A DNA stretch of 64,000 nt from Eremomyces bilateralis CBS 781.70 (taxonomy: Eukaryota), in NCBI GenBank assembly GCA_010015585.1, contig ML975159.1. One strand, written 5' to 3'. The notes under the pieces are model-generated. The model was not told where the DNA came from. It searched no databases and saw nothing but the letters and a program-made list of their open reading frames with translations. Of the stretch, positions 12,660 through 24,979 are shown piece by piece (the stretch's first letter is position 1; every line of letters starts with the position of its first letter). The translations under genes were made by a program, and so were the position numbers.

Positions 12660-12987
12660 GGTGCGGTCAGAACTGAAATCAATAAGCCTTCAGAAAAAAT
12701 AGGAATACAAAATTCCCATAAGCGACTATCAATCAGTTGATTTTACGTTACATCACTGGTATGTTACATTAATAGGTATGTCCGGAGCAGGCCGATAGGA
12801 ATCTTGGTGCCTGAATAATATTGTTGTTCTGCCTTGGTGCCTAAACCTAAATCCAGATCCCTCCGATCCATCAACTCCAAGAAAATCATCGCGTTTGATC
12901 AACCACGCCTCAATTACAGCCAGATTTCCTGCAGAGGAGGTGAAATATTAGTAAAGGAGCTGCGGGGAAGTACCAATTGCTTCCGTG

Positions 12988-14232
12988 ATGGCTTCTCCAG
13001 TGTGCTTTCGCTGCTCAATACGAGCAGCGCGGGCTGTCAAAGTACGATGCTCCAGTTTCTTGTACCGAAGAGCGCATTCTAACGAATACACCTAGATTCG
13101 ACCATGGGAACTTTCTCGTCCATTAACAGCTCAATTTGCGAGTCTCTCTGTCAATAGCAATAATGGTGCAACCTCCGTTGAAGCAATGGCTGCCCAGTAC
13201 GTGCTCAACGGACCGCAGCATATTGCAACTGCTTACCACCCCAGGCCCACCGCGTCTATTGAGAATGTCTCCAAAACGCCTCGGATGCCCATATCTCATC
13301 CGGACGGTCTCGAAAAAGAAACGGTGGAAACCCTCGAAGAAATGCCCATCCCGAAGAACCTCCAATCTCTCTACTTCCGCCCTCTCCGACGAGCCCCGAA
13401 ATACGGCATCCCGACGTGCAACCTCCAACTCCGCTCCTATAACGTCCGGAACCTCGAGTTCTTTGCCGACTTCGCCATGCGCGCTGCCTACTATCTGGAT
13501 CTGGCCGCACGAGGACCCGTCCCACTTCCCCGAATCACGGAGCGCTGGACCGTCCCTCGAAGTCCGTTCGTGCATAAGAAATCGCAGGAGAATTTCGAGC
13601 GGGTCACGGTCAGGAGGCTGATTCAGATCCAAGATGGACATCCGGATGTGGTGAAGACGTGGTTGGATTATCTACAAGAGCGGGCGTTCCACGGCGTCGG
13701 TATGAAGGCGAACGTATGGGATTATGAGAAGGTGGATTTCACCGAGGGTATGGACCGGCAGGTGGAGTTGGCGAAGACGGTGAGGAAACTGGAGGAGGCA
13801 GAGAGGACGATTGAACAGGGGTTGGCGGGATTGGCGCAGGCCGAGAAGAACATCAAAGCGGATCCGAGCGTCGGAGGCACACTCTTGAAGCTTCTGCGCC
13901 AGAAACAGAGCCTACAGTTCAAACGGGAGGAGTTGAGGAGGCTGGGAACTGGACAGGACGTTAAAGATGAGGCGCGCTTGAAGAAGCGGGCGGATTCTGT
14001 GGACGAACGGCTCCCGAAGCAGATCGTGACGACGAAAAAAGACATCGAAGCGGCGCGGAAAGCTGTCCCGGAGCTGAAGAAGAAGATCAGTGCATTGGAG
14101 GCGACGATGAAGAAGCTCGGTGATAAGGTTGGGACCACCTCTCTCGAAACACCCCAGGAAACAGGACCATCGCAGGAGGCGGTGATGGCGAAGGTCAAGG
14201 AGCTCACTGAGGAGATCGAAGGACGCAAGTGA
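12988..14232 (+). CDS. RSM10: Mitochondrial small ribosomal subunit protein S10 (uS10m) with C-terminal coiled-coil extension
   Basis: [30 protein letters not shown] and [18 protein letters not shown]. Basic presequence-like exon 1 ([18 protein letters not shown]). Intron ~13042-13096. Confidence 0.9.
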
Positions 14233-14814
14233 TCTTATGCAGTCTATTGGTCTGCGAGACGCGCGGGGAGAGGCGGGCATCTGCGAACATCAATGGTTAA
14301 GAGACAATATGCTATGATCTTTCGACTGGATATGCCACTCAGAGGTCGAGAAGGGGTTCGACATGCAAAAGTGAGAGGTATACCTCGAGAAGCTATTATG
14401 GGGGTTGGTTGGGGATGATTGGTATGAGCGGGGTTAGCATGCATTGGCATGAGATTGGCATCGCCCTTCACAGCTTTTATTGTAACATTTGTAACATGCG
14501 TAGGGTAGCGACGGTACGAGCAGTTGTATAGATCCTGTTAGGAGCGCAAATTGTATCATAACTTGTACAATTCATTCCATAACAAGACCTAGATACCTTC
14601 AATCACCGCTACAGGTGGCTTCGATTTGTTATCGATTTTGTATTTATCTTTAACGCTGATACTCCCATACTCGGATCAACCCACACCTCGAAGTGCCATA
14701 ATCTCGCACTATTGATGAAACAATATTCACCCGTTATTTAGACACGTTTCCTATTCACCAGATAGCATCAGACATTAGCAACCCCATTTTCTTCGCTTTT
14801 CATTACTCCATCCA

Positions 14815-15990
14815 ATGGACGACGTCATCTACCTTGATTCGCCGGTTGTGAATGGCGCTGCAGAGTCGCCGACCTCTGAAGACCATTACCTTGTCTACTT
14901 CATCTCAGGGAACCCAGGCTTGATTTCCTATTATACAAAGTTCATGTCCCATCTCCATAAACAGCTACAAAGTCATCACAAGCATGCGAGATTCACAATA
15001 TCAGGCCGTAGTCTTCATGGCTTTGAGGTGCAAGAGAAAAGCAGAATAGAGGGCAAGGAGCCGCCATACAGCCTCAACGAGGTGATTGAACTGGCAGAAA
15101 AAAGTCTCCAAGATCATGCGGGGAAGGCGTCAAGTCAACTTGATGGAAAAAAACCGAAGGTTATCTTGGCTGGTCATTCCGTTGGGGCGTATATCTTGCT
15201 TGAGCTGATCCGGAGGCATCGATCCCGTCTGGCAGAAACCGGTAGCCATGCAGAAGATGAAACAAGAATAGTGGGAGGCATTTGTTTGTTTCCTACTGTG
15301 GCCGATCTACCATCGAGTAAGAGGGGCGCGATATTGAATGTACGGACGATATCAATTATCCAGCGTACACCACCATATACTAATATCCTCAGGCATTGGC
15401 CCGCTTCCACTACGCCTCCGCCGTAGCTATGCTTATACTCACCCTTTTCGCTTCCCTCCTTCCCGCCTCTCTTTCAACCTCCCTCGTCCAGCTTTTTACA
15501 GGCATGCCACCTGACTCCACCACCATCACTGCCGCGTTCATCAAGAGCCCGCATGGCGTCCGTCAGTCGCTCCATCTGGGCCTGGATGAAGTCAAGCAGA
15601 TCACCACCGACAAATGGGACGCGGAGATCTGGGGCGCTGCACACCCCTCTCCCGTGGGGAGGCGGCCAAAGTTGTTTTTTTACTTCGGGGAGAATGATCA
15701 TTGGGTGGCGGATCGGACGAGGGATGATTTGATTCGGATCAGAGGAAGGGGCAAACATGGAGGGGAGGAGGAGTGGAGGCCAAAGATGGAGGTGGATGGG
15801 AAGGGGATTCCGCATGCGTTTTCGATTAGTAAGTGGTGGATGGTTGTGATAGAGGAAGAGCTGACTAGAAGTAGGGCATGGCATTCCGATTGCGGAGAAG
15901 GTCGCGGAGTACGTGGGTGAGATTGTTCAATGCGAGAGGCTTTGGGATAGAACACGGACTGGGCATACCTCGGGGCTTAGAACCATTTAA
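14815..15990 (+). CDS. Lipid-droplet-associated alpha/beta hydrolase (LIDHydrolase/DUF2305 family), 3 exons
   Basis: FISGNPGLISYY, nucleophile elbow GHSVG, LFPT, FYFGENDHWV and IPHAF. Introns ~15340-15392 and ~15829-15874. Confidence 0.85.
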
Positions 15991-16109
15991 CAAGACTAGA
16001 TGAAGAATATATCCTATTCCGATAGACATGTCTAGGCTCTAATCGCTGACATTAACGAACAGACTCTCGACTCCGCATACCTCGCGGACTATAGACCCAA
16101 CTCGCTCAA

Positions 16110-17528
16110 TCAAGTACGATAGTCCCCATTGATCGTTACATACTCATGACTAAAATCACAAGTCCAAAACCTGCACTCACCATCCCTCCCCTGTCCATCC
16201 TTCCCCAGCCTCACCAAAATTTCCAGATCCTCCATCTGCAAAATCTCCGCCGCCCGCGCCTCATCCACACTCTCAGGCTCCCCATCCACCAACAACTTCA
16301 ACTCCGGGCTTCCGTCCGTCGGCACAAAGCTCACGCTCGTCTGAGCCGGGATGACCGAATCTTCCGTCGAGCTTAACCCGGCCGTGTAGCCCGTCGCGCA
16401 GAGGATCCTTCCCCAGTTCGCATCTTTGCCGTAGAGCGCTGTCTTCACTAGTGGCGAACGCGAGATGCTGGAGGCGACGAGGTGCGCATCCGTGTCATTT
16501 AGCGCATTGACCACTCGGATCGTGACGAACTTCGTGGCGCCTTCTCCATCACGAACGACGAGTTTCGCGAGATCCGCAGCGAAGTTCGTAAGGGTAGTCT
16601 GCATAGCGTCGAAATTGGCACGAGATTCGGACGATGCGCTCTCAGATGGAAGGTCGATCGTCGAGCCGCCAGCTGCGCCATTAGCGAGTAATGCAACGGT
16701 ATCGTTCGTGCTCGTGTCGCCATCGATGGAGATGCTATTGAAAGACTTCGCGATGGACTGGCTGAGGAGGGCTTGGAGAGCAGGAGGGGTGATCGGAGCG
16801 TCTGTACAGAGGATTCCAAGAAGGGTGGCCATATTAGGGTGGATCATGCCGGCACCTTTGGTCATGCCGGCAAGGTGATAGGTCTTGCCTGGGCTTGACG
16901 GCAGCGTAAAGGGACGGGAGATCAGCTTGGGGAACGTATCCGTCGTGCAGATGGCGCGGGCAGCTTTCAACCAGTGATCGTGCGTCTGGCCCAAATTCGA
17001 GTGAGCGGCTGGTATTGAGTTGATGATCTTTCGTATGGGCAGCCTTTGTCCGATGACGCCGGTGCTCATGACGACCGTCCTCGAGCCTTTCCCGTCATTT
17101 CCGTGCTCCTCGAAACATTGATCGGTCTGCTCTCCCATCTTGGTTGCGTCCTCAATCCCACCTCTTCCTGTCACCGCATTCGCGCATCCTGAATTGATCA
17201 CCACAGCTCTTACGCCACTTCCGGCTCTGCGCTTCAGCATGTCCCTCGTCACCGTGACCGGCGCGGCTTGGAATTTGTTGGTAGTGAATACCGCCGCGGC
17301 AGAACATGGCGACGATGACGTGATCAACGCAAGATCATCAAATCTGGTATTTGAGGCCTTAACTCCCACATGATGCCCGGTTGCGTAGAATCCCTTTGGA
17401 TATGTGCCGGATATCGGCACATATTTCGCCTTTGATGCGGGGAGGTTGCCTTCTCCCGGTGCAGCATAGTATCGGACAAAGGTTTTCTGTATGGCAGCGG
17501 AGAAGCCGCGGCAACCTGGTCGAGCCAT
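16110..17528 (-). CDS. ARG7: Mitochondrial ornithine acetyltransferase / ArgJ
   Basis: [32 protein letters not shown] (autoproteolytic Thr), [25 protein letters not shown]-terminal [10 protein letters not shown]. Confidence 0.97.
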   Translation of the reverse strand: MARPGCRGFSAAIQKTFVRYYAAPGEGNLPASKAKYVPISGTYPKGFYATGHHVGVKASNTRFDDLALITSSSPCSAAAVFTTNKFQAAPVTVTRDMLKRRAGSGVRAVVINSGCANAVTGRGGIEDATKMGEQTDQCFEEHGNDGKGSRTVVMSTGVIGQRLPIRKIINSIPAAHSNLGQTHDHWLKAARAICTTDTFPKLISRPFTLPSSPGKTYHLAGMTKGAGMIHPNMATLLGILCTDAPITPPALQALLSQSIAKSFNSISIDGDTSTNDTVALLANGAAGGSTIDLPSESASSESRANFDAMQTTLTNFAADLAKLVVRDGEGATKFVTIRVVNALNDTDAHLVASSISRSPLVKTALYGKDANWGRILCATGYTAGLSSTEDSVIPAQTSVSFVPTDGSPELKLLVDGEPESVDEARAAEILQMEDLEILVRLGKDGQGRDGECRFWTCDFSHEYVTINGDYRT

Positions 17529-17978
17529 GTTCGCAAAGATCTGAAGGTTCAAGCTTCAATTGAGGAATTGCGCGGTATTAAATAAGTATTTCGAACTCTG
17601 GTGACTCTTATTCGGTGGACCGTGGAGGTGACGTTTATGCGCGTCTGATTGGCTGAAGACCCTGTTGCTGGGTGGACGACAAAGCTTCGTGGAAATGGTA
17701 GTCAAAGGAACAAATTTCCAATTCTTCATGAATCAAAAACGATCTTAGTTTTAATTAGGAAATATGAATTGCTACTCGTAAGCCTGTTCTCGGGGGAATA
17801 CAACGCTTATCATGCTCTCTTTCTCCGCACGAAAGATGGTATGGCATATCCAGATTGTCCAACATGCCCCTATCTCCTCTTGACTCCTTCGTCCTTGCAT
17901 CGCTCCACTCCAATACCTATGATACCTCAAAGGAAAAGGAGTGAGTCAATCCAGTGCCCTCTCTCCGCATCCCCTGTT

Positions 17979-20900
17979 CTAGAAAGAAAAGATCTTTTGG
18001 ATTGAAGCGCGGACCTTTCCCGGTTTCAGGTCCCGTAGATCTATTTTCGCCATGTGTTTAGTTGCAAGGCAAACCAGCAGTTTATAGCTATGGGGTTCAA
18101 ATTCCATAGCTACAATTGGTTCAGAGACAGAATCACGCGGGTCGTGGAATTTTCCTTTGATCCACACGCGAAGACAGCCTGTCCCATTGTAATCGTTCTT
18201 GCATCCACGTCTCCAGGCTACCGCGAAAATGTTGCCATCGAACGATACTGCGGAGGCAGAAATGTGCTCCTCGGGGTCGATACGCCATTCTGCAACTCTC
18301 TTGCCCGCTCGAATAATTTTGATATACGGTCTCGTAACGGTTATATGATTGCTTAGATCCGTGGTGGGGGCGAAATTGAACGATGTCATGAAAGTGTTCC
18401 AGTGCCATACCCGATCCCCTGAGGGCACGTTGTATACGCCGGAGTAGGATGGCCCGCAGACTGCCACTTGATGGCCTTTGGGTGATAGTTCTAGCTGTTT
18501 GACATTGCTGTCCGGGTCCAGCTTGATAACAGTGCAGCCTGAAGTCGCAAATTCTGTCGCGTCGACGCTCTGTTGCTCGTTGAACCAGACAGCAAGTTGG
18601 GTTTGCCCAAGGCCATCTTCGTCGGTTTCTGGAATGTGGAATACCCCAGCAAGAGCGGAGCCATCGTTTTCGGAGAATGCGAGTAGCTTGAGCTTTACGT
18701 CCTTGCTTGAGTCACCCGCTGTTGCCGGCTGAAATTCAAGTGTGCAAATATGTTCTGTAGGCAATCCCCAGATAGTCAATCGGACTTCCCCTGGGAGCTC
18801 CTGCGCAAAGGCGGCCAAAGAGAAGGATCGAGAGAGTACAATCTGCGAAGCCTGAAGGTACTCTTGTTTATGCCAAATGAAGCTGCGCTCCGTTTTTTCT
18901 GGCTCCAGATCAGAATACAACGTTTCAGTGCTCGTCCACTGTAACCCAGTGGCATATTGAGCAAAGCCGATTTCGATCGATCGATAGATGATGACCTGAT
19001 GCGCAGTCGCAAAGTTTAACGCAGTGGTTCTTGCAACTCTAGCTGCACGCGCACCCGTAGCTCTCACGATAAGTAAGGATGGGTGGCAGTGCCTTGCGAT
19101 GCGTTGTCCCGATCTGGCGATCACGGTAGATGTCCCAGGAACGAGAAGGCCGTTGCTCCAATAAAAAGAGTATGCATCGTTACCCTTTTGTTCTACCCAA
19201 GAAGACTTCAATTCGGCAACATCGATGACTCGGCAAATATCACGCCTCGCGCCGTGCTCTTCATGGAATGGTGTCAAGATGTTTTGTTCATGATTTCTCC
19301 ACGAATTTTGGGCGTCTAGATCTCGCTGTTGTACGGGGCGAGGAAAAGTGTCCTGATCTTCGCCTGGAGTAGAACCTTTTGGGACTGGCGGTAGTCGTTT
19401 GATAGGAAGGGATAGTGTGCTAGACGAGCCTTCCGTTTTTGAGTTGCTCCGTTCCAACGGAGACCCAGGTACTAGGTCTCGACTTATGGCTGCAAGTTTC
19501 GCCATCCGGTCATCTCCGGTTTCTTCTTCCTCGTCCGCTGCCGTCACAATAGGGCCAAGTTCTTTATTTGCCCTAATTCCCTGTGAAGCGGCCTTGATTT
19601 TGTCATTGGACAGTGTTGATGGTGATGGTATCTTATTCCTCTCAGGGCTGTTCTCCCCATCGACGTTCGGATCCTGGGATGGAATGACAAGACAGTTCCT
19701 CTGCCAGATCCAGCCAAGACGCTCCTTGCAATCTTGATTCCGTGCCAGCCAAAGGTCATCTTGTTCGCCGAAGATGTCGAAGATCTCGCCCGCCTGGTGT
19801 TTAAGGAAGGGGACTCCTCTATGAGAGCGCTTCTCGGGATCGAACGGTCGTATGCTTGCCACAACATTCAAAATTCTTTGTGGAGGAATGGACTGGATAT
19901 CACGGTTGGAGGAGACATTTGATTTGCCTTTGTTTGGACCCGAAGTGGTCTTGCTTGGAAAATACGGTGGTGACTCGCCCCGTGCAACAGGCTCCGACCG
20001 GATACTGCGTCCCTCGCTACTCACAGAGTCGCTGACTCGGTGGACAGGGGATTCCGTCGGCATGTTGCGGGTGGGAGACTTTGTGGACTCTATCTCCGCT
20101 GTTGCTTCAGGTACGTGTTTGGAGGTTTGAAGTGTCGGCTCAGATGAGATTCTATCGATCTTATTGCCAGTGCGAGTACTTTTTGTCGCAGCCAGCTCGG
20201 CCATCAGTATTTCGTGGGCATCCTCTTGAACTCTTGCTGCTTGCCCCTCAACGCGAGGTTCCTGTTTTGGCCGTTCATCATTCGCTTCATGGACCTGAGA
20301 CTCCAATGGTCCGTATGGGTTTTCGAGTTCTTCAAACGGTTCCACCTCTCTTCGCAAGACTGCTGACTGGAAATTACTCCTAGCCATGTCTCTCTCTTCT
20401 AGTGGATTTGCCGTTGGCAAAGGAGGAACAGGAGGGGGGGCATTAGGCATCGGAGGGGAAGAACCGATACCCAATGAATCATTATTAGCTCCAAACTTGA
20501 ATTGTTCTTCCCGAAGGGCTCGGGCGTCACGCGAGGTTTTGAACGAGTTATCGCAGAGCTCCTGTAATTCATGACTATATTCTTTGGTTGGCGCCCCCGT
20601 CGTTGGCTTTTGATCGACGTTATCATCACCTAGGTGGATGAGGAGGTCTTCGTTCTCTTCCGATACGGGTGGAGGTGAGGAGCCACCAATCCGAATTTCT
20701 TTAGTACCTCTGCCGCTGCTACTACCAGATCTCGTCGAGAGCTGCTGGTCAAACGGGAAATATTGGGACCGTTCATGTAAGGATTTGGCTTTTGCTATCG
20801 TACTCCATCGTCCAGAAGACTCGGGAGAGACCTCCTCCGAAGTATTCGGCGTGTCAAGCAAAGTCAGAGACCTGTAAGGATGATCAGTATTATTACAAAT

Positions 20901-22049
20901 ATTTATGACTGCAACCAAAGCCTTACTGAACTGACTCCAGCGGCATGAAGTCCGAATCTATGTCAGCGAAAGGTCTTATCCAGTCGTGTGATAGGGCCTG
21001 GTCAACTTTGAGCCGCTTCGTCGGGAATGGATGCATAACTGAGACTATGAATGATTGGCCATGATTGCTGACTTGATATGCCATGAGCCGATCATTGGGG
21101 TATTCCACATCGCCTCTGCCGTATTCAAGCTTGGTGCTGGGCCGATCGAAAACCGCTTCCTTCGTAAGCATCTGGTGTGCAATCTCCCCCAATGCCCACA
21201 TATCGGCGGAATAGGCGTCGTATGACGGAGTCTTTCCGGCATCAAGAACTTCGGGGGAGAAAAAGGCTACCGTGCCGGCTAAGATGGAGGAGATACCCTT
21301 CCCATCTGCAATTCGTTTAGAGATTCCAAAGTCCGAAATCTTCACCCACCACTGATTTGGTGGTTCAGATTTGATGAGGATGTTCTGGGGTCGAGAAGTC
21401 ATTAGAAGTGTTCAAAAAAGGGGCAATTAGAGACCAACCGCGGGCTTCAGGTCACGGTGAGCAAAGCCATTGTTGTGCATGAACTCAAGCCCCTCGAGGA
21501 GTTGGAAAGAGATCTCACAAGCTTCATGTTCCGGCAATGTCGCAGCGTTCCAAAGGTAGCTTTGGAGATCCCCATATTCTAAGTATTCCATTGCGATGAA
21601 CAGTGAGCCAACCTCCGGCCCACCATACCAACCGGATGCCTTCACAAAACATCGTTCGTACTGCATTCGATTAGCATTTGCCTCCTCTATATTGATCTCG
21701 TTGGATAGTGTGTACAAACCTTTGGATGGGAAAATTTAGCAATCGCTTCCAGTTCTCTACCGTAATCAATACCAGTGGCTGAGGGGCCAGTCAGAAGGTC
21801 GATCTGCTTCACCGCCCGGAACTTTGGTGGCCCATGACCCTGACTGACAAGTCGCTCTTTGAAAACGGACCCGAAGGCTCCTCGACCAAGTGACGCCTCC
21901 CTCCGCCAGTATTCTCTTTTCGGTTTCGCGCGTCGAGAATGACTCGAATCCGGTACGATATGGAATGTATACCCAGCTTCGACGCCCGTTGGGAGTTTGA
22001 ACTCAGTGACAGCCTCAGTAAGGCCAGAGAATGTTCGCTCAAGCGCCAT
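17979..22049 (-). CDS. Multidomain Ser/Thr kinase: N-terminal kinase + disordered linker + SH3-like domain + C-terminal WD40-like beta-rich region, 4 exons
   Basis: LGRGAFGSV, RAVKQI, ELEAIAKFSH, HRDLKPAN, KISDFG, GTVAFFSPE and DMWALG are intact. Introns ~21661-21719, ~21385-21438 and ~20872-20926 join in frame to the 979-aa ORF. SH3-like stretch at ~19690-19870. WD-like strands (LELSPKGHQVAV, AVSFDGNIFAV, MEFEPHSYKLLV). Confidence 0.85.
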
Positions 22050-22871
22050 GTTAATAGATTCTCTGCATCCTCAAACCCCTCTTAAAGTATCTCTAAGTGT
22101 AAGTGATGATAGATCTACAAATCTTCGAGGAGTATCACATCCGAAATCTTAGTATTGAAGTTTGTAAGGAGTAGCCTCTGTCGCCATATGGTCAAAGTGA
22201 GCTGAGGACATTTGTAGCAACTGTATTCGGTGTTCGATGATCGTCCGGTAGCTGCAACTCTGGAGTTATCTAATTATTCCCGTCATACACCAGAACACAA
22301 TCGGAGGCGCTTCCTGTAGCTGACGGCTATTTCGGACCCCCACCATCGACCTCTCATACACCCTCTTTCCGCTTCTGCGATATCATCCAGCAGAATACGA
22401 ACTGCTGGATATGTCGCCCTCTTATTGGGGGAAGCTCCTGCAAGGCTGAGAATGTGGAGGCTGTGTGCATACTGATTCCGACTCGTGAAACCCAATTGAT
22501 AATCACGCCAGCAAAACGATAATTGCTTACCCCCCAAACCTCCATTGGATGCCCATGGAGTGACCAGAACAGGAAGCCAACAAGTCGAAGTGGTATTTTT
22601 GGCCAGACTCCGGGCCGTTTTTGACTCTACCATTTTGAGCCTCAAGCCGAGCATATATGGTGGATTAGTAACCATCTAGACGCTAGTGCAAGCCGCCCAT
22701 GAGGGACTGTGTCGGCAAGGCTGGAAGCTAATCGCTCGATTCATATGTACCGAACGCTGAACTTTCTTGTACCATGATGAAACACACTTTCAAAAAAGGA
22801 CTGCGGCACTGAATTTAAGCAAACGATTGCAATACACGTTTGGAGCCTTCTTGAGGTCGGAATAAACAACA

Positions 22872-24511
22872 ATGTCAGGCGTCGAATTCGGTCTGGCTGT
22901 TCTAGCTGCGGTTGATATTAGTATTCGGTAAGCAATCTACAGCTGCGTACCAAGCCAGTCCGGCGCTCAATGCCTCTCAAATAGATACGGAAAGTCTCTA
23001 ATCGAAATTTGCACTGCTTTCAAGAATGCCGAAATCGATATTGCAGAGAAATGTCTGCAGGTCAGATACCATTGCACCCGGATCGTCACTCAACTCCAGG
23101 TTCTGAAGAAAGTTTCGAGCCTCGTCAGCAAGGATCAACTGAGAATACATGAAGATATGCTTCTTGTGCTGAAGAGCAAGTTGCAATTAGTTCAAAGCTT
23201 GTTGGATAGTTGCGTGAAAGTTGGACCAAATGGCAAGCAAGAAGTAAAGAAAAAGAAATTTGTACTATTCAAGAGAGACACTTTGCAAAAAGCAGTCGAC
23301 GAGCTGGAAGCCTGGGAGAGCAAATTTGATCCGCTATGGTTTTTGATGATGAAAACAAACGTCCCCGAAATCGACGACGCTCTGAAAGATCCTACCTCAA
23401 TAGAGGGCGGGAATAAGCGCCCGGTCAGCCTCGCTCAAGATCTTCGTAGAGCTCTAAACAGCAACTCCGATAAGACCTCCGGCATTTTCAAACCTCAGAG
23501 CGGTCTCGACTCCGCTGAAATCGAAGATATTCAGAATTCGTCCGCTAAAATCGCTCAACGCCCCGGATCCCACAACCGCCTCGTTCTTGATCGGGTCATT
23601 CCTTATGCGGGATGTGATACAGTCATCATGAAAAAGGACATTCGTGACTTTGCACGAAAGTTGTTCCACGCGGATCCATTGGCGTTTGGCCTGTTGAGTT
23701 GTTATGGAGTGGTTCAGAACAGGGATGTTCCAGGCTCCTTCACAATTGTTTTCCGCATCCCGGAAGGTTCTTGGAAGGCAGACAGTCTTCGAAGCTATTT
23801 GATCGCCGGAGAGACAGAGCAGTCTTACCGAAAGAGACAAGCTTGCGAAAAGTCTCGCAAAGTCTGTTTCCAACGTTCATGCATTCGACTTTGTCCACAA
23901 GAACGTCCGACCAGAAACGATCCTGATTTTGTCGGAGGCCGATGAAGAGATCGGATTAGCATATCTTGTCGGTTTCGAGTCCTTCCGGATGTCTGAAAGG
24001 AGGACTTACCGACAGGGCGACATGAACTTTGAAAGAAACTTGTATAGGCATCCGAATCGACAGGGCCTAAGTCCAATAGAGGGCTATTCCATGCAACATG
24101 ATATCTATAGTCTGGGGGTTTGCCTTTTGGAGATCGGCCTCTGGAAGACATTTATCGAATACGATGAAAAAGGCAATCCCCAACCTTCAGACATTCTTCA
24201 ACTGAAGGAAGCTGCTCTTGGTGTTTCTCAAGCGGTACGTTTAAAGGAGAATATGGTTTCGCTTGCGCGAAAACAGCTGCCACGTTTCCTAGGTACCACA
24301 TACTCAAGCATCGTTATAACTTGCTTGACATGCCTAGATGAAGATAATGACGATTTTGGCGACGACTCAGAGTTCCAGGATGAAGATGGCATCACGGTAG
24401 GAGTTCGATACACGGAAAAGGTGAGCCAGCACCTCAATCTGACACTGCAATTTGAAGCGTTTGCTAATCATCTCGAAGATCATCATGAGACTAAACGACA
24501 TCTTCGTATGA
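22872..24511 (+). CDS. HeLo-like (prion-inhibition) N-terminal domain + pseudokinase (MLKL-like architecture); one frameshift at ~23820
   Basis: Hydrophobic N-terminal helix MSGVEFGLAVLAAVDISIR, then YGKSLIEICTAFKNA after intron 22928-22984. Kinase-fold motifs LAKSVSNVH..FVHKNVRPETIL, AYLVGFESFR, NLYRHPNRQG and HDIYSLGVCLLEIGLW. Final intron ~24421-24478. Frame change at gagc/agtctt. Confidence 0.8.
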
Positions 24512-24979
24512 TAGACAATATATAGCAGTTCCATTTGAATAGCTGTGAGCAAAGAGCAAGACTAAAGTGTAGAAGGTCGAAGGAGGTGAATTGTTCACGG
24601 GTTGCCCATACAAGTAGTCTATTGGATGGCAAGAAAGGTATAACGATGTAGAATCTAAGGAAATTGACTGTGAAGATGCCTCGTGAATGACTCTGGGATT
24701 GTGATGCTGAAGCTGTGAATGCTGCCCGACATCGACATCGAAATTTCGTAGAAAAAAGAAAGAAAGCCTTCGTGCTTGTGGCCTCAGGCATGAAGCGCTC
24801 CCAACGTCATCAAGACCTGATTGGTCAGCTCAACCTCAGACGTCCAAGTCGAATATCTTCTGTATCTCGAGTTCGCCTGCCAAACTTTTGTTTTGCAATA
24901 GCGATCGGATGAAACATACTGGCCACCCTTGGTCCTACCTGCAATTCTGATATCATATCCAGAATTGTAAAGATTTGAA

